64,000 nt of DNA from Candidatus Eiseniibacteriota bacterium (GCA_041483195.1 JBGPFC010000001.1:32001-96000), one strand, 5' to 3'; positions 18,135 through 28,460 are shown, counted from the stretch's first letter. Translations and numbers: made by a program. Notes: generated by a model from the letters alone, not told the origin.

Positions 18135-19445
18135 TCACCGCCCCGCCGCCCTCCCCGCGACCGTTCCGCTCGACCAGCTCCACTGGAAGTTGAACCCCCC
18201 GAGCCGTCCCTCCACGTCGAGGATCTCCCCGCACAGGAACACGCCGCTCGCCTTGCGCGACTCGAGCGTGCTCGGATTCACTTCGTCCAGCGCGACGCCG
18301 CCCGCGGTCACCTCGGCCTTCTCGTAGCCGAGCGTTCCCGTCACCTGCATGGGACGCGCGATCACGAGCCGCAGCAGCGCCGCGCGCCGCGCGCGCTCCA
18401 CCTGCGCGAGCGCCGCGGCCGGGGTCACGCCGGCCTCCGAGCACAGCTCGCCCGCGAGCCGGTCGGGCAGCGCGCGTCCGAGGTAGCGCCGCACGCTCGC
18501 GCGCGGATCGCGCGAGGCCTCGAGCCACGATGCGAGCAGCGTCGCCTCGGTCTCATCCGGCAGGAAGCTCGTGCTCACGAGCCGCTCGCCCTCGCCCTCC
18601 GCGCGATGCCAGTGCCGCGACAGATCGAGCGCGGCGGGCCCGGAGTATCCGAAGTGGGTGAACAGGAACGAGCCGCGCGTCGCCGCGAGCTTGTGTCCCC
18701 CGGCACGCAGCGTGAGCGCGACCTCGAGCGTGACGCCCTGCAACTTCTCGCACAGCGGATCGCTCGAGGTGAGCGGCGTGAGCGCCGGCACCGGCGGCAC
18801 CAGCGTGTGGCCGAGCGACTCGGCGAGCGCGTAGCCGGTGCCGTCGCTCCCGGTGCGCGGAAACGAGAGCCCGCCGGTCGCGAGCACGATCGCGTCGGCC
18901 TCGATCCATTCGTCGGGCTCGATCGCGGGCAGCGGCCAGTGGGTCGCGCCCTGCGCCGCGACCGCCGCGCCGAACGCCGCGGCATCGCGCACGTTCTGGA
19001 TGCCGATCCGCCAGCGCGGCGGCACGATGCGCGGCGCCCGCTCGATCCGCACCGCGCGCGCGCCGCACCGGATCGTCACGCCCGCGCGCTCGCACGCCGC
19101 GAGCAACGCGTCGAGCACAGTGCGTGCTTCGTCGGTCTCTGGGAAGTACTTTCCGGTGGGCTCGAGCTTGAGCGCGACGCCCAGCGACTCGAGCCACGCG
19201 CGCGACGCCTCCGCGGGAAACGCCGCGAGGATGCGCCGCACCACCGCGCGCGAGCCGCCGTGGAAGTCGCGCTCGTCGACGCTCGCGTGCGTCACGTTGC
19301 AGCGGGTGCCGCCCGACATCAGGATCTTGAGCCCGGGCCTGGGGTGCGCGTTGAGCAGCGTGACGCGCGCGCCGGCCTCCGCCGCGCGCAAAGCTGCGGT
19401 GAATCCCGCGGCGCCCGCGCCCACCACGCATACCTCGCGGTTCAA
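18135..19445 (-). CDS. HI0933/BaiN/YhiN-family flavoprotein (aminoacetone oxidase family)
   Basis: GAGAAG, KILMSGGTRCNVT, LATGGLSFPRTGSDGTGY, FTHFGYSGPA, VTAGGV, GEILDVEGRLGGFNFQWSWSSG. Confidence 0.95.
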   Translation of the reverse strand: MNREVCVVGAGAAGFTAALRAAEAGARVTLLNAHPRPGLKILMSGGTRCNVTHASVDERDFHGGSRAVVRRILAAFPAEASRAWLESLGVALKLEPTGKYFPETDEARTVLDALLAACERAGVTIRCGARAVRIERAPRIVPPRWRIGIQNVRDAAAFGAAVAAQGATHWPLPAIEPDEWIEADAIVLATGGLSFPRTGSDGTGYALAESLGHTLVPPVPALTPLTSSDPLCEKLQGVTLEVALTLRAGGHKLAATRGSFLFTHFGYSGPAALDLSRHWHRAEGEGERLVSTSFLPDETEATLLASWLEASRDPRASVRRYLGRALPDRLAGELCSEAGVTPAAALAQVERARRAALLRLVIARPMQVTGTLGYEKAEVTAGGVALDEVNPSTLESRKASGVFLCGEILDVEGRLGGFNFQWSWSSGTVAGRAAGR

Positions 19446-19455
19446 TGCCGCGCCC

Positions 19456-20298
19456 TCATCCGAGCGAGATGCACACGATGCTCGCGGCCGCGAGCGCGAG
19501 CCCGGCCTGCTGCGGCCTGCTCCAGCGTTCGCCGAACACCGCGCGCGCGAGCAGCGTGGTGGTGGCGGGCGACAGCGAGATGATGGTGCCGATCAGCGCC
19601 AGCGATCCGCGGTGGACGGCGATGAAGTAGGCGACGTTCGCGAGCGAATCGAGCAGTCCCGACACCAGCGTGGATCGCCGCGCGCCGGGCGGCGGCCACC
19701 ACGCGCCACGCCGCGCCGCGATCAGCGCGGCGAACAGCGCGATGGTCGAGAGCCGCGCCACGACCAGCGGCGCGAACCCGGCTCCGGGCGCGATGCGCCT
19801 GACCATGACCAGAAACCCGCCCAGCAGCACGCCCGAGGCGAGCGACACGCCGAGCACGCTGCGCGAAGCGGGGCTCGCGCCGCGCTCCGCGGCGGCCCCC
19901 GTGATGAGCAGCAGCGCGGGCGCGGCGAGCGCGATGCCGAGCAGCGCGAGCGCGGAGGGCCGCTCGCCGAACGCGAGGCCGAACACCAGCGGCACGGCGA
20001 GCATGCTCACCGAGATCACCGGGGCCGCGACGCTCACCGGGCCGATCGCGAGCGCGCGGTAGAGCAGCGCGACGCCGGTGCCGCCCGACAGACCGGCGGC
20101 CGCGCCCCAGAGGAGATCGGTCCGGCTCGCGGTGCCGGGGATGAACGCGGTCGCGATCGCGAGCGTGACCAGCCCGGCCAGGGCCGACACCAGCGTCACC
20201 GTGAAGGCGGATGCCCGCCGCGCGGCGAGCCCACCGAGAAAATCCGCGCCGCCGAACGCGACCGATGTGAGCGCGGCGAGCGCGTAGACCGGGTTCAT
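19456..20298 (-). CDS. EamA/DMT-family transporter
   Basis: FGGADFLGG, YRALAIGPVSVAAP and FGERW motifs; about 10 TM segments; ATGA overlap with the upstream gene. Confidence 0.88.
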   Translation of the reverse strand: MNPVYALAALTSVAFGGADFLGGLAARRASAFTVTLVSALAGLVTLAIATAFIPGTASRTDLLWGAAAGLSGGTGVALLYRALAIGPVSVAAPVISVSMLAVPLVFGLAFGERPSALALLGIALAAPALLLITGAAAERGASPASRSVLGVSLASGVLLGGFLVMVRRIAPGAGFAPLVVARLSTIALFAALIAARRGAWWPPPGARRSTLVSGLLDSLANVAYFIAVHRGSLALIGTIISLSPATTTLLARAVFGERWSRPQQAGLALAAASIVCISLG

Positions 20299-21872
20299 GC
20301 GTTCGCGGGCCCGCCGCCGTGCGCCCCGCCACCGTGCGCCGCTCCCGTATCGCCATGCGCCGCGCGCCAGCCCCCGCCCTCGAGCGTGGCCTTCCCCTCG
20401 CGCTCGAGCTTCAGGAGATGCGCGAGCAGCGAGCGCTCGGCGTACGGCCACAGCTCGCGCGCCGTGTCGGCGTACGCGCGCTCGACCAGCGTCGCGATCT
20501 CCCGCGCCTCGGGCTCGAGCGCCGCGAGCACCTTCGCCTCGCGCTCGAGCCGATGGTGAATGAGCCAGCGGATGCGCCGCATCGCGCCGCCCTGCGGCGA
20601 GCCGTGGCCCGGGAACAGCGTCTCGACCGGCTCGGCGAGCAGGCGCTCGAGCGATGCGACGTAGTCGCGCATGTCGCCATCGGGCGGATCGATCATCACG
20701 GTGCCGCGCCCGCCGATGATGTGATCGCCGCTGAACAGCGAACGCGTGCGCGGATGAAGAAAGCAAAGTTGCCCGCGCGCGTGGCCGGGGGTGTGGAGCG
20801 CGCGCAGGCTCCAGTCGCCATCGCCCGGCGTGAGCGGAATCCAGTCGCCGTCGGCGAGCGTGAAGTCCAGCCTCAGGTGCTTCGCGGTCTCGGCGTGCGC
20901 CGCGACCTTCACGCGATAGCGCGCGCGCACGGCTTCGACCCCCGCGACGTGATCGGAGTGGTGATGCGTGAGCAGCACCAGCGCGAGCTTGCGGCGATCG
21001 CTCGCGAGCGAATCGATCAGGCCGAACAGCGCATCGAGCTCGGCGGGATCGTCGCTGCCGGGATCGATGAGCGCCATCTCCCGCTCGCCGACGAGATAGG
21101 CGTTGGTGTGGGTCGCGGGCGGCAGCGGCCGGGTGTGCATGGGGTGGAGCACGATCCCCCACTTCAGCTCGATGCGGCGCCCCGGGCCCGCCGCGTTCGC
21201 CGGCGCCGAGGCGAGGCACTCGCCGAGCGAGGCGAGCCCCGCGTCATCGAGCACGTGCGCCGCGCCCGCCGCGTGGGCGAGCGCGAGCAAGGTGTGCAGG
21301 ATCGGCGCGGCGAACGACGCCTCGCCCCGCTTCCAGCGCGCGATCGCCTCGCCGGGAGCGATCCACTCGCCGGAGGCGAGCTCGCCGGGGATGATCGATG
21401 GGCTCTGATCTCCGGGCACGCGCGCGAGGTAAAACGACGTGTCGAAGCGCTGGATCGCGAACGGCGGCGTCATCCAGCGCCCGGCGAACACCAGCCGGCG
21501 GGCGTCGAAGCGCCAGCCGTTCTCGCACGCGAGCGCATCGAACGTCGCCTCGCCCGCGAGCAGGCGATCGCGCGCCTCGGGCAGCGCGGCGAGCGATGCC
21601 GGCGCATCGAGCGCGAGCAGCACGCCGACCTCTTCGAACGCCTCGCGCACCGCGCACGCGCGCAGCAATCGTTCTTCTTCGGAGGCCGCGCCCCCGATCG
21701 CGAGCGCCCGATCCTCGGCGTTCACCTTGCCGCCCACGAACGCGTGGAAGCCCGGCATGTAGCCCACCGCGTCGCCGCGCTTGACCCAGAACGTCTCGAG
21801 GCCTAAGCCGGCGCCGCGAATCAGGACGATCGCGGCGGAGTCTTGAAAGCGGGGCTTGGTGTGCGGGGTCAT
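20295..21872 (-). CDS. NUDIX hydrolase + metallo-beta-lactamase (LACTB2-like) fusion
   Basis: NUDIX box AVREAFEEVG; MBL motifs THHHSDH, HTPGHA, GDH, PGHG. Confidence 0.9.
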   Translation of the reverse strand: MTPHTKPRFQDSAAIVLIRGAGLGLETFWVKRGDAVGYMPGFHAFVGGKVNAEDRALAIGGAASEEERLLRACAVREAFEEVGVLLALDAPASLAALPEARDRLLAGEATFDALACENGWRFDARRLVFAGRWMTPPFAIQRFDTSFYLARVPGDQSPSIIPGELASGEWIAPGEAIARWKRGEASFAAPILHTLLALAHAAGAAHVLDDAGLASLGECLASAPANAAGPGRRIELKWGIVLHPMHTRPLPPATHTNAYLVGEREMALIDPGSDDPAELDALFGLIDSLASDRRKLALVLLTHHHSDHVAGVEAVRARYRVKVAAHAETAKHLRLDFTLADGDWIPLTPGDGDWSLRALHTPGHARGQLCFLHPRTRSLFSGDHIIGGRGTVMIDPPDGDMRDYVASLERLLAEPVETLFPGHGSPQGGAMRRIRWLIHHRLEREAKVLAALEPEAREIATLVERAYADTARELWPYAERSLLAHLLKLEREGKATLEGGGWRAAHGDTGAAHGGGAHGGGPANA

Positions 21873-22036
21873 GAGAACGCGCAGCGTACCTTCTCACGGC
21901 GATCTGCGTGAAGGCGCCTTTCGAACCCCGTTCGAACGCGGGGGTGCGGCCGCATCCTCGCCGGGAGTAACATCAATGTGGCCCGGTGTCCTCCCCCGGT
22001 CGGTCCGGTGCCCCTGCCACCTCTCGGAGAGCCGCC

Positions 22037-24949
22037 ATGCCACGCCATCGCCCGCACCCGCATCCTCCGATCCTCGCCATCGCGTTGCTCGCGCTGATTC
22101 CGGCCATGGGGCGCTCCGCTTCCGCACCGGGCCCATCGACCGATCTGTCGCGCGCCGCCGCGCAGATCCCCGCGCCTCGCCCGCATTTCATTCCGGTCTC
22201 CGCCGCGGGGGCCGAGCTGATGCGTGCGGTTTGGGAAGCCGGCGGGCTGCGCGACAACCCGCATGCGCGCGCGGTGGTCGAGCGGATGCAGGCCGAGGAC
22301 AAGTCGGCGCTCTACCAGGAGGCGGCGGAGCCCGCGGCGATCGCGCCGCAGCCGATGCTGACCCCGTCGCTCGGGCCCGACGCGATCGCGAACAATCGCG
22401 CGCTCGCGATCTGCACGTGCTCCGGCCGGCCGATCAGCGAGGCCGAGCCGTCGATCGCGGCATGGGGGCCGTACGTGCTCGCGAGCTGGAACGACCGCCG
22501 CAGCGTCTGCTTCCCGCTCGGCACTCCGTCCCAGAGTCATGCCTACTCCCGCGACTATGGCGCGACCTTCCGCGAAGGCTCGCTGCTCTGGGGACCGGGA
22601 CCCACCGACGCGTTTCATGGCGATCCGACCGTGGCGGTCAACCGCAAGACCGGGGACTTCTACATCTCGGGCATCCTGCGCCGCGGCTCGACGTTCGTCG
22701 GCGTCACCGCGCTCCGCGGGCACTTCGGCCCGGACTCGTTCGTGATCGACACGCGCCGGGTGATCGCGATCGCCGCGGGCGGCGACTTTCTCGACAAGCC
22801 GTGGATGGCGGTGGATTCGCTCACCGGCCACGTGTACATCACGTGGACCAACTTCCCCGCCGACTTCACCACCCAGATCGAGCTGCAGCGCCTGGACGCG
22901 GATCTGAATCCGCTCGGGCCGCTCCAGGTGGTGCGCCACGAGCCGTATGGCTACTACGGCGTCCAGGGGAGCAACCCGACCGTGGGCCCCGACGGCATCC
23001 TGTACGTTCCGTACTCGGTGCTCTACGCCGACACGCTGGCGGCGGTGTGGAACGCCCCGAGCCACTTCGAGGTGGTGCGGTCCGACGATGGGGGCGCGAC
23101 CTTCGGTCCGCCCCACGTCATCGCGAACGCCTTCTACCATCCGGTCACCATCCCGCCCGGCTCGCAACGTGGATTCTGGGCGCAGCTGCTCGCGGTGGAC
23201 GTGGATCGCACCAACGGGGCGCACCGCGGGCGGATGTATGCGGTCTGGAGCGAGAGCCGCCCGCTCGGCGGCATGGTGGTCGGCCCCACGTCGGTGGTCG
23301 AGAAGGAGAACAACGGCTTCTTCGCATCCGCAACGCCCTTCACGCCGGGCCAGATGCTCCGCGGCACCATCAACAACGTGGAGAAGGACTTCTACAAGTT
23401 CACCGGAGTGCGCGGCCAGATCTTCTGGTGCTCGAGCGACTCGATCCAGCTGCTCTCGCTCCGCGTCCGCCTGATCTGCTCGGCCGACACCTCGACGCTC
23501 GCGAACTGGCACCTGCTGTACACGCGCGCGCCCAACGCGGGCGGCGGCGCCGTTTTCGCGTGCGGGCTGCCCTACAATGGCACCTACTACCTGCTGATCG
23601 AATCGCCGTTCGCGAACACCGGAGGCTATCGCTTCGGGACCGCCCTGGTGCCGGCCTCGCTCGGCGATCGCGCGCGCGGCATCAAGGACGAGTTCGTCTG
23701 CTACTCGGACGACGGCACGACGTGGAGCACGCCCGCGCGCCTCAACGACAACGACGGGTATTCCGACGGCTCGGAGCCGCAGGTGGTCGTGGACGGCCGC
23801 GGCCGCGTGCACACCTGCTGGCTCGACTGGCGCGACGATACGCAATGCGGCACCAGCTCCGGCGACTACGGGGCATCTTCCGGAGACGGCGGCGTCACGT
23901 GGGGCGCGAACCGGCGGCTGAGCGACGCCCCTTCGTTCTGGGGCGCGCTCGCGTCGTGCTCGGACAACGACCAGGGCGACTTCATGCAGATGGCCGCCTC
24001 GGGCGATCACGTGTACTCGGCGTTTCCCGACAGCCGGCTCGGCGATCCCGACGTGTTCGTCGATGCATCGACCTACGCGTCGACCGGCGCCTGCCCGGCG
24101 AACCAGCTGCTGGTCTCCGGCGACGACACCGTGCTCCAGTTCTCGCTATCGAACGGCGGCAACTTCGCGACGCCGCTCGCGTGGACGCTGAGCGACGACC
24201 GCGGCTGGCTCACCGGCGCCTCTCCAGCGACCTCGGGCTCTGCCGCGCTCGCGGCGAACGGCGGCACGATCATCATCTCGGCCACGTTCCATCCGCCCGG
24301 CGGGTGCAGCGGCGATTCGAGCGTCGTGCGATTCGTGACGAGCGATCCCTACATCCCGGGCCACGAGGAAGAGTGCAGCACGGTGCTGCGCTGCGGCACC
24401 ATCGTGCCGGCGCTGCTCGCGCTGGTCAGCCAGAAGGTCGCGGGCGATCGCGTCTCGCTGCTCTGGCACTCCGCGGACGGCGCGGGTACGCGCGCCACGA
24501 TCGAGCGCCGGGGCGCGAGCGAGGACTGGCTGGCGCGCGGGACCATCGCGGCCGATGCCGGCGGCAATTTCAGTTTCGAGGAAAGCGGCGTGCCGCCCGG
24601 CCGATATACCTATCGGATCCGGCCCGATGGCGCGGCGCTCGGCTCGTCGCCGAGCGAGGTGTGGGTCGAGGTGCCGGCGCTGGCGCTCGCGCTGCGCGGC
24701 ACGCGGCCCAATCCCGCGGGCGGGGGGCCGTTCATCGTCTCGTTCACGCTGCCCAGCGACGCGCCGGCGGTGCTCGACGTGCTGGATCTGGCGGGACGAA
24801 GGCTCGCCTCGCGCGCGGTCGGCGTGCTGGGCCCCGGCCCGCACGAGCTGCGCCTCTCGGAAGCCGAAACGCTCCCGGGCGGCGTTTACGTCATGCGGCT
24901 GCGGCAGAGCGCGATAGAAGTCGTGAGCAAGGCGGTAGTGGTGCGATAA
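22037..24949 (+). CDS. Secreted BNR/Asp-box (sialidase-like) beta-propeller protein with C-terminal T9SS-like domain
   Basis: Asp boxes SRDYGATF, SDDGGATF, SDDGTTW, SGDGGVTW; DKPW; signal peptide; tail PNP..GVYVMRL..KAVVVR. Confidence 0.8.
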   Translation: MPRHRPHPHPPILAIALLALIPAMGRSASAPGPSTDLSRAAAQIPAPRPHFIPVSAAGAELMRAVWEAGGLRDNPHARAVVERMQAEDKSALYQEAAEPAAIAPQPMLTPSLGPDAIANNRALAICTCSGRPISEAEPSIAAWGPYVLASWNDRRSVCFPLGTPSQSHAYSRDYGATFREGSLLWGPGPTDAFHGDPTVAVNRKTGDFYISGILRRGSTFVGVTALRGHFGPDSFVIDTRRVIAIAAGGDFLDKPWMAVDSLTGHVYITWTNFPADFTTQIELQRLDADLNPLGPLQVVRHEPYGYYGVQGSNPTVGPDGILYVPYSVLYADTLAAVWNAPSHFEVVRSDDGGATFGPPHVIANAFYHPVTIPPGSQRGFWAQLLAVDVDRTNGAHRGRMYAVWSESRPLGGMVVGPTSVVEKENNGFFASATPFTPGQMLRGTINNVEKDFYKFTGVRGQIFWCSSDSIQLLSLRVRLICSADTSTLANWHLLYTRAPNAGGGAVFACGLPYNGTYYLLIESPFANTGGYRFGTALVPASLGDRARGIKDEFVCYSDDGTTWSTPARLNDNDGYSDGSEPQVVVDGRGRVHTCWLDWRDDTQCGTSSGDYGASSGDGGVTWGANRRLSDAPSFWGALASCSDNDQGDFMQMAASGDHVYSAFPDSRLGDPDVFVDASTYASTGACPANQLLVSGDDTVLQFSLSNGGNFATPLAWTLSDDRGWLTGASPATSGSAALAANGGTIIISATFHPPGGCSGDSSVVRFVTSDPYIPGHEEECSTVLRCGTIVPALLALVSQKVAGDRVSLLWHSADGAGTRATIERRGASEDWLARGTIAADAGGNFSFEESGVPPGRYTYRIRPDGAALGSSPSEVWVEVPALALALRGTRPNPAGGGPFIVSFTLPSDAPAVLDVLDLAGRRLASRAVGVLGPGPHELRLSEAETLPGGVYVMRLRQSAIEVVSKAVVVR

Positions 24950-25032
24950 TCGATTTATCTTCGCCGAAGATCCCGCGCGTGGCTCGCACGAGCGACACGC
25001 GGGACCCGGTCGCCCTTCCCTCGGAGGTATCC

Positions 25033-28000
25033 GTGCTCTCGCCTCACGGCTTGACCCGACCGGCTCTCGCGGTCGCACTCAACGCACTGCTGGTCGCAGC
25101 GGTCTGCGCGATCGGTCCCACCGATTCGCTGGCCGCGCCGAAGTCCGCCGCGGCCGTTCGCTCGTCCGTGCCCGCGGGCACGGTGCTGATCGGAACCCCG
25201 CTCGCCCCGACCACGACGGCGGTGGTGAACTTCGCAGAGCTGGCGCGCCGGGAGGCGCTCGGCGTGAAGCCGATAGTCCCGGAACGGGTTCTCATCCGGG
25301 ATGAAGACGAAAACGAGATGGATCGGGAACCGGGCGCGGACGTGGTCGGCCAGATCCCGCCCCAGGGTTTCCTCAGGTCGCAACCGTTCGCTCCGTTCGT
25401 GGCGTCCCCGTCCCCCACCACGAACTTCATGGGACTGGACGACGTCCCGATGGTGGATTCGAGCTACATCGTCATTCCCCCCGACGTGGGCGGCGCGGTC
25501 GGTCTCACCAAGATCCTGACCGGGCTCAACAACAACTACCGCATCCTCGACAAGGCGACGGGCGCGGTGCTCAGCACCGTGGGCACCGCGACCTTCTGGG
25601 CGGCCGCGACCGGCGGCGCTCATCTCAACGAGCTGACCGATCCACGCACCCTCTACGACCCGTACAACAATCGCTGGATCGTGGAGATGCAGACCGTGAC
25701 GACCGGAGCCGGCCTGCTCCTGGTCGGGGTCTCGCAGACCAGCGATCCGAGCGGAACCTGGTTCCTCTACTCGTTCGCCACCGGCGCGACGCTCGACTTC
25801 CCGGTCGTAGGCTTCAACAAGAACTGGATCTCGGTCTCGATCAATCGGTACAGCAACACCGGCACGTTCCAGCGCGGGATCAACCTGATCGTCAACTACC
25901 CGCTCGCTCGAACCGGCGCCGGGAGCGCGACGCTCGTCACGCTTCCGGCCGGCGGCAATTTCTGCAGCGCGCCATGCGCCACCTATTCCTCGACATCGGA
26001 TACCCTCTACGTGGTCACGCATCTGGGCAGCGCCGCCGCGACGTATGTGATCGAGACCATCACCGGCACGTCTGCCGCGCCGGTCTACACCACCGGCCCC
26101 GCCCTCACCCGGCCGGGCGGAGGCTGGGTGCAGCCGAGCGGCCAGATCCTCCCGCAATCGGCGCCCATCTCCGGGGCGAGCGCCTGCGCCGGGACGCCGT
26201 GCCCGGTCGAATCGCAGGACGCGCAAATCCGATCGGCGCCGGTCTACCGTAAGGGCTCGATCTTCTACACGCAGACGGTGGGCCTTCCCTCGGGCGGCCT
26301 CACCCACACCGGCGTCCAGTGGACCAGGATCGTCGCGCCGGGCGGCGCGTTCGTGGACGGCGGCCGCATCGAGGACCCGACCGCGACCGCGACCAACGGC
26401 GGAAAGTGGTACGCGTATCCGCACATCGGCGTGAACGCGCTCGGTGACTTCATGGTGGGCTACAGCCAGTTCTCGTCGGCCCAGCACCCGTCGGCGGGAT
26501 ACTCCGTGCACCTCGCGGGCGACGCGGCGGCCTCGATTCGCGACCCGGTGATCTACCACGCGGGCGCGGACTACTATCACAAGACCTTCACGACCGCGAC
26601 CGGCCGCAATCGCTGGGGCGACTTCAGCCAGGCCCAGGTGGATCCCAGCGACGACCAGACCCTGTGGGTGGTCCAGGAGTACGCGAAGGTGCGCGCGACC
26701 ACCGACGACGGGAACACGGGTTCCAACGCGAGCAAGTGGAGCACCTGGTGGGCGGGCCTCGCGCCGCCGTCGGTCACGATCGACGCCGGGCCCAGCCAGA
26801 GCGAGGGCAACAGCGGAACCACCGCCTTCAACTTCACCGCGCGACTCTCCTATGCCTATGGGCTCCCGGTCACGGTGAACTACCAGACGTCGGACGGCAC
26901 CGCGACCGTTGCCGACAACGACTACCAGGCCGCGACCTCGTCCGTCGTCATCGCGGCCGGCAGCACCACCACTCCCCTCACGGTGAACGTGGTGGGCGAC
27001 GCCAAGTGCGAGGCCAACGAGACGTTCGGCGTCACGCTCACCTCCACGGTGACCGGCGGCGTCACCAACGCCATCCCGCTCGGGGCCCAGAACGCATCGA
27101 CCGGCACGATCCAGAACGACGAGACCAACAAGACCATCACCGCGACCGCGGGGGCGGGAGGCACGATCGCCCCGAGCGGGCCCGTGAGCGTCGCGTGCTT
27201 CGGCAGCCAGGCGTTCCACATCGAGCCCTCCGACAAGTGCCACGTGATCCTCGACGTCAAGGTGGATGGAATTTCGGTCGGGGCACTCAGCGACACCACG
27301 CTCAGCAACGTGATCCTCGACCACACGATCGCGGCAACGTTCGCAGCGCTCGGGGCCGACAGCATCACCGCCAGCGCAGGGCCGGGCGGCACCATCACGC
27401 CGAACGGTCTGACGTTGGTGGCATGCGGCGGCAGCCAGTCGTACACGATCGCGCCGTCCGACAGCTGCCACGTGATCCTGGACGTCAAGCTGGACGGCGT
27501 CTCGGCGGGGGCGATCGCGTCCCACACGTTCAACGATGTGCAGGCCAACCACACCATCGCGGCGACCTTCAACGCCATCGTCCTGGTGCTGAGCGAGACC
27601 CACGTCAACGCGAGCTGCTCCGACAGCGCGAACGGCTCGATCGATCTATCGGTGGCGGGCGGCGACTCGCCATACACCTACGCGTGGAGCACCGGGCCCA
27701 CCACCCAGGACATCTCGGGGCTCGCGCCCGGCGCGTACTCGGTGACGGTCACCGGCGCTTCGGGCTGCACAGCATTCCTCGGCGTCGTGATCGGAGCGCC
27801 TCAGTACAACATCGTCTCCAGCGCGGGAGCGAACGGCTCGATCGCGCCGCTGGGCACCGTGGTGGTGGATTGCGGAGACGACACGATGTTCGTCATCAGC
27901 CCGGATACCGGGTTCACGTTCGACCAGCTGCTCGTCGACAGCGCGCCGGCGACGCCCGCGGCCAGCTTCCCCTTCACGCACGTGACCGGGAGCCACACGA

Positions 28001-28326
28001 TCCACGCGACGTTCAAGGCCGAGGTGACAGCGGTCGAGGAGGCGATCCCGACGGACTTCGGCCTGGGCCGCGTCTCGCCGAACCCCGCCACCGGAACCAT
28101 GTGGCTGAAGTTCGCGGTCCCGCGCGAGAGCGCGGTGCGGGTGAGCGTCGTCGATCTGCAGGGACGCGAGGTGGCGATGCTGGCCTCGGGCAGTTACCCC
28201 GCGGGCTGGCACGAGCTGCTGTGGAATGGCAGGACGGGACGCGGCCCCGCCCCCACCGGGATGTACATCGTGCGGTTCCAGGCGGCGGGGAGGAATCTCC
28301 TCCGCCGGTTCGTGCTGACGAGGTAG
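25033..28326 (+). CDS. Large secreted protein with Calx-beta, InlB-B-like and SprB-like repeats and FlgD-Ig/T9SS-like C-terminal domain
   Basis: GTG after GGAGG; Calx-beta SEGNSGTT..DGTATVADNDY; three TITATAGxGGTIxPxG-like units; GSIDLSVAGGDSPYTYAWS; tail WNGRT..GMYIVR..RFVLTR. Confidence 0.82.
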   Translation: MLSPHGLTRPALAVALNALLVAAVCAIGPTDSLAAPKSAAAVRSSVPAGTVLIGTPLAPTTTAVVNFAELARREALGVKPIVPERVLIRDEDENEMDREPGADVVGQIPPQGFLRSQPFAPFVASPSPTTNFMGLDDVPMVDSSYIVIPPDVGGAVGLTKILTGLNNNYRILDKATGAVLSTVGTATFWAAATGGAHLNELTDPRTLYDPYNNRWIVEMQTVTTGAGLLLVGVSQTSDPSGTWFLYSFATGATLDFPVVGFNKNWISVSINRYSNTGTFQRGINLIVNYPLARTGAGSATLVTLPAGGNFCSAPCATYSSTSDTLYVVTHLGSAAATYVIETITGTSAAPVYTTGPALTRPGGGWVQPSGQILPQSAPISGASACAGTPCPVESQDAQIRSAPVYRKGSIFYTQTVGLPSGGLTHTGVQWTRIVAPGGAFVDGGRIEDPTATATNGGKWYAYPHIGVNALGDFMVGYSQFSSAQHPSAGYSVHLAGDAAASIRDPVIYHAGADYYHKTFTTATGRNRWGDFSQAQVDPSDDQTLWVVQEYAKVRATTDDGNTGSNASKWSTWWAGLAPPSVTIDAGPSQSEGNSGTTAFNFTARLSYAYGLPVTVNYQTSDGTATVADNDYQAATSSVVIAAGSTTTPLTVNVVGDAKCEANETFGVTLTSTVTGGVTNAIPLGAQNASTGTIQNDETNKTITATAGAGGTIAPSGPVSVACFGSQAFHIEPSDKCHVILDVKVDGISVGALSDTTLSNVILDHTIAATFAALGADSITASAGPGGTITPNGLTLVACGGSQSYTIAPSDSCHVILDVKLDGVSAGAIASHTFNDVQANHTIAATFNAIVLVLSETHVNASCSDSANGSIDLSVAGGDSPYTYAWSTGPTTQDISGLAPGAYSVTVTGASGCTAFLGVVIGAPQYNIVSSAGANGSIAPLGTVVVDCGDDTMFVISPDTGFTFDQLLVDSAPATPAASFPFTHVTGSHTIHATFKAEVTAVEEAIPTDFGLGRVSPNPATGTMWLKFAVPRESAVRVSVVDLQGREVAMLASGSYPAGWHELLWNGRTGRGPAPTGMYIVRFQAAGRNLLRRFVLTR

Positions 28327-28333
28327 CGACAAC

Positions 28334-28385
28334 CGGGGGCGGCGGCCTCCCGGGCGAACGCGCCCGATCCGAGGCGCCGCCCCCG
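28334..28385 (+). terminator. Long GC-rich hairpin after the secreted-protein gene (possible terminator, no U-tract)
   Basis: CGGGGGCGGC..GCCTC..CGGGCG-AACG-CGCCCG..GAGGC-GCCGCCCCCG. Confidence 0.45.
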
Positions 28386-28423
28386 AGCCCCGATAAATCC
28401 ACGTTGCCCTGCCGCGGCCCGTG

Positions 28424-28460
28424 GTGCTAGTGTATCAGCACAGTGCTGATGCATCAGCAT
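28424..28460. promoter_or_regulatory. Tandem palindromic operator, probable BlaI/MecI/CopY binding sites
   Basis: TGCTAGTGTATCAGCA and perfect palindrome TGCTGATGCATCAGCA, 19-bp period, directly upstream of the repressor RBS. Confidence 0.7.

Noticed and set aside
21856..28326. 2156-aa ORF in the track
   Set aside because: The first ~1059 codons are an Arg/Ala-rich shadow frame over the real 22037-24949 gene; the true CDS starts at GTG 25033 after GGAGG.
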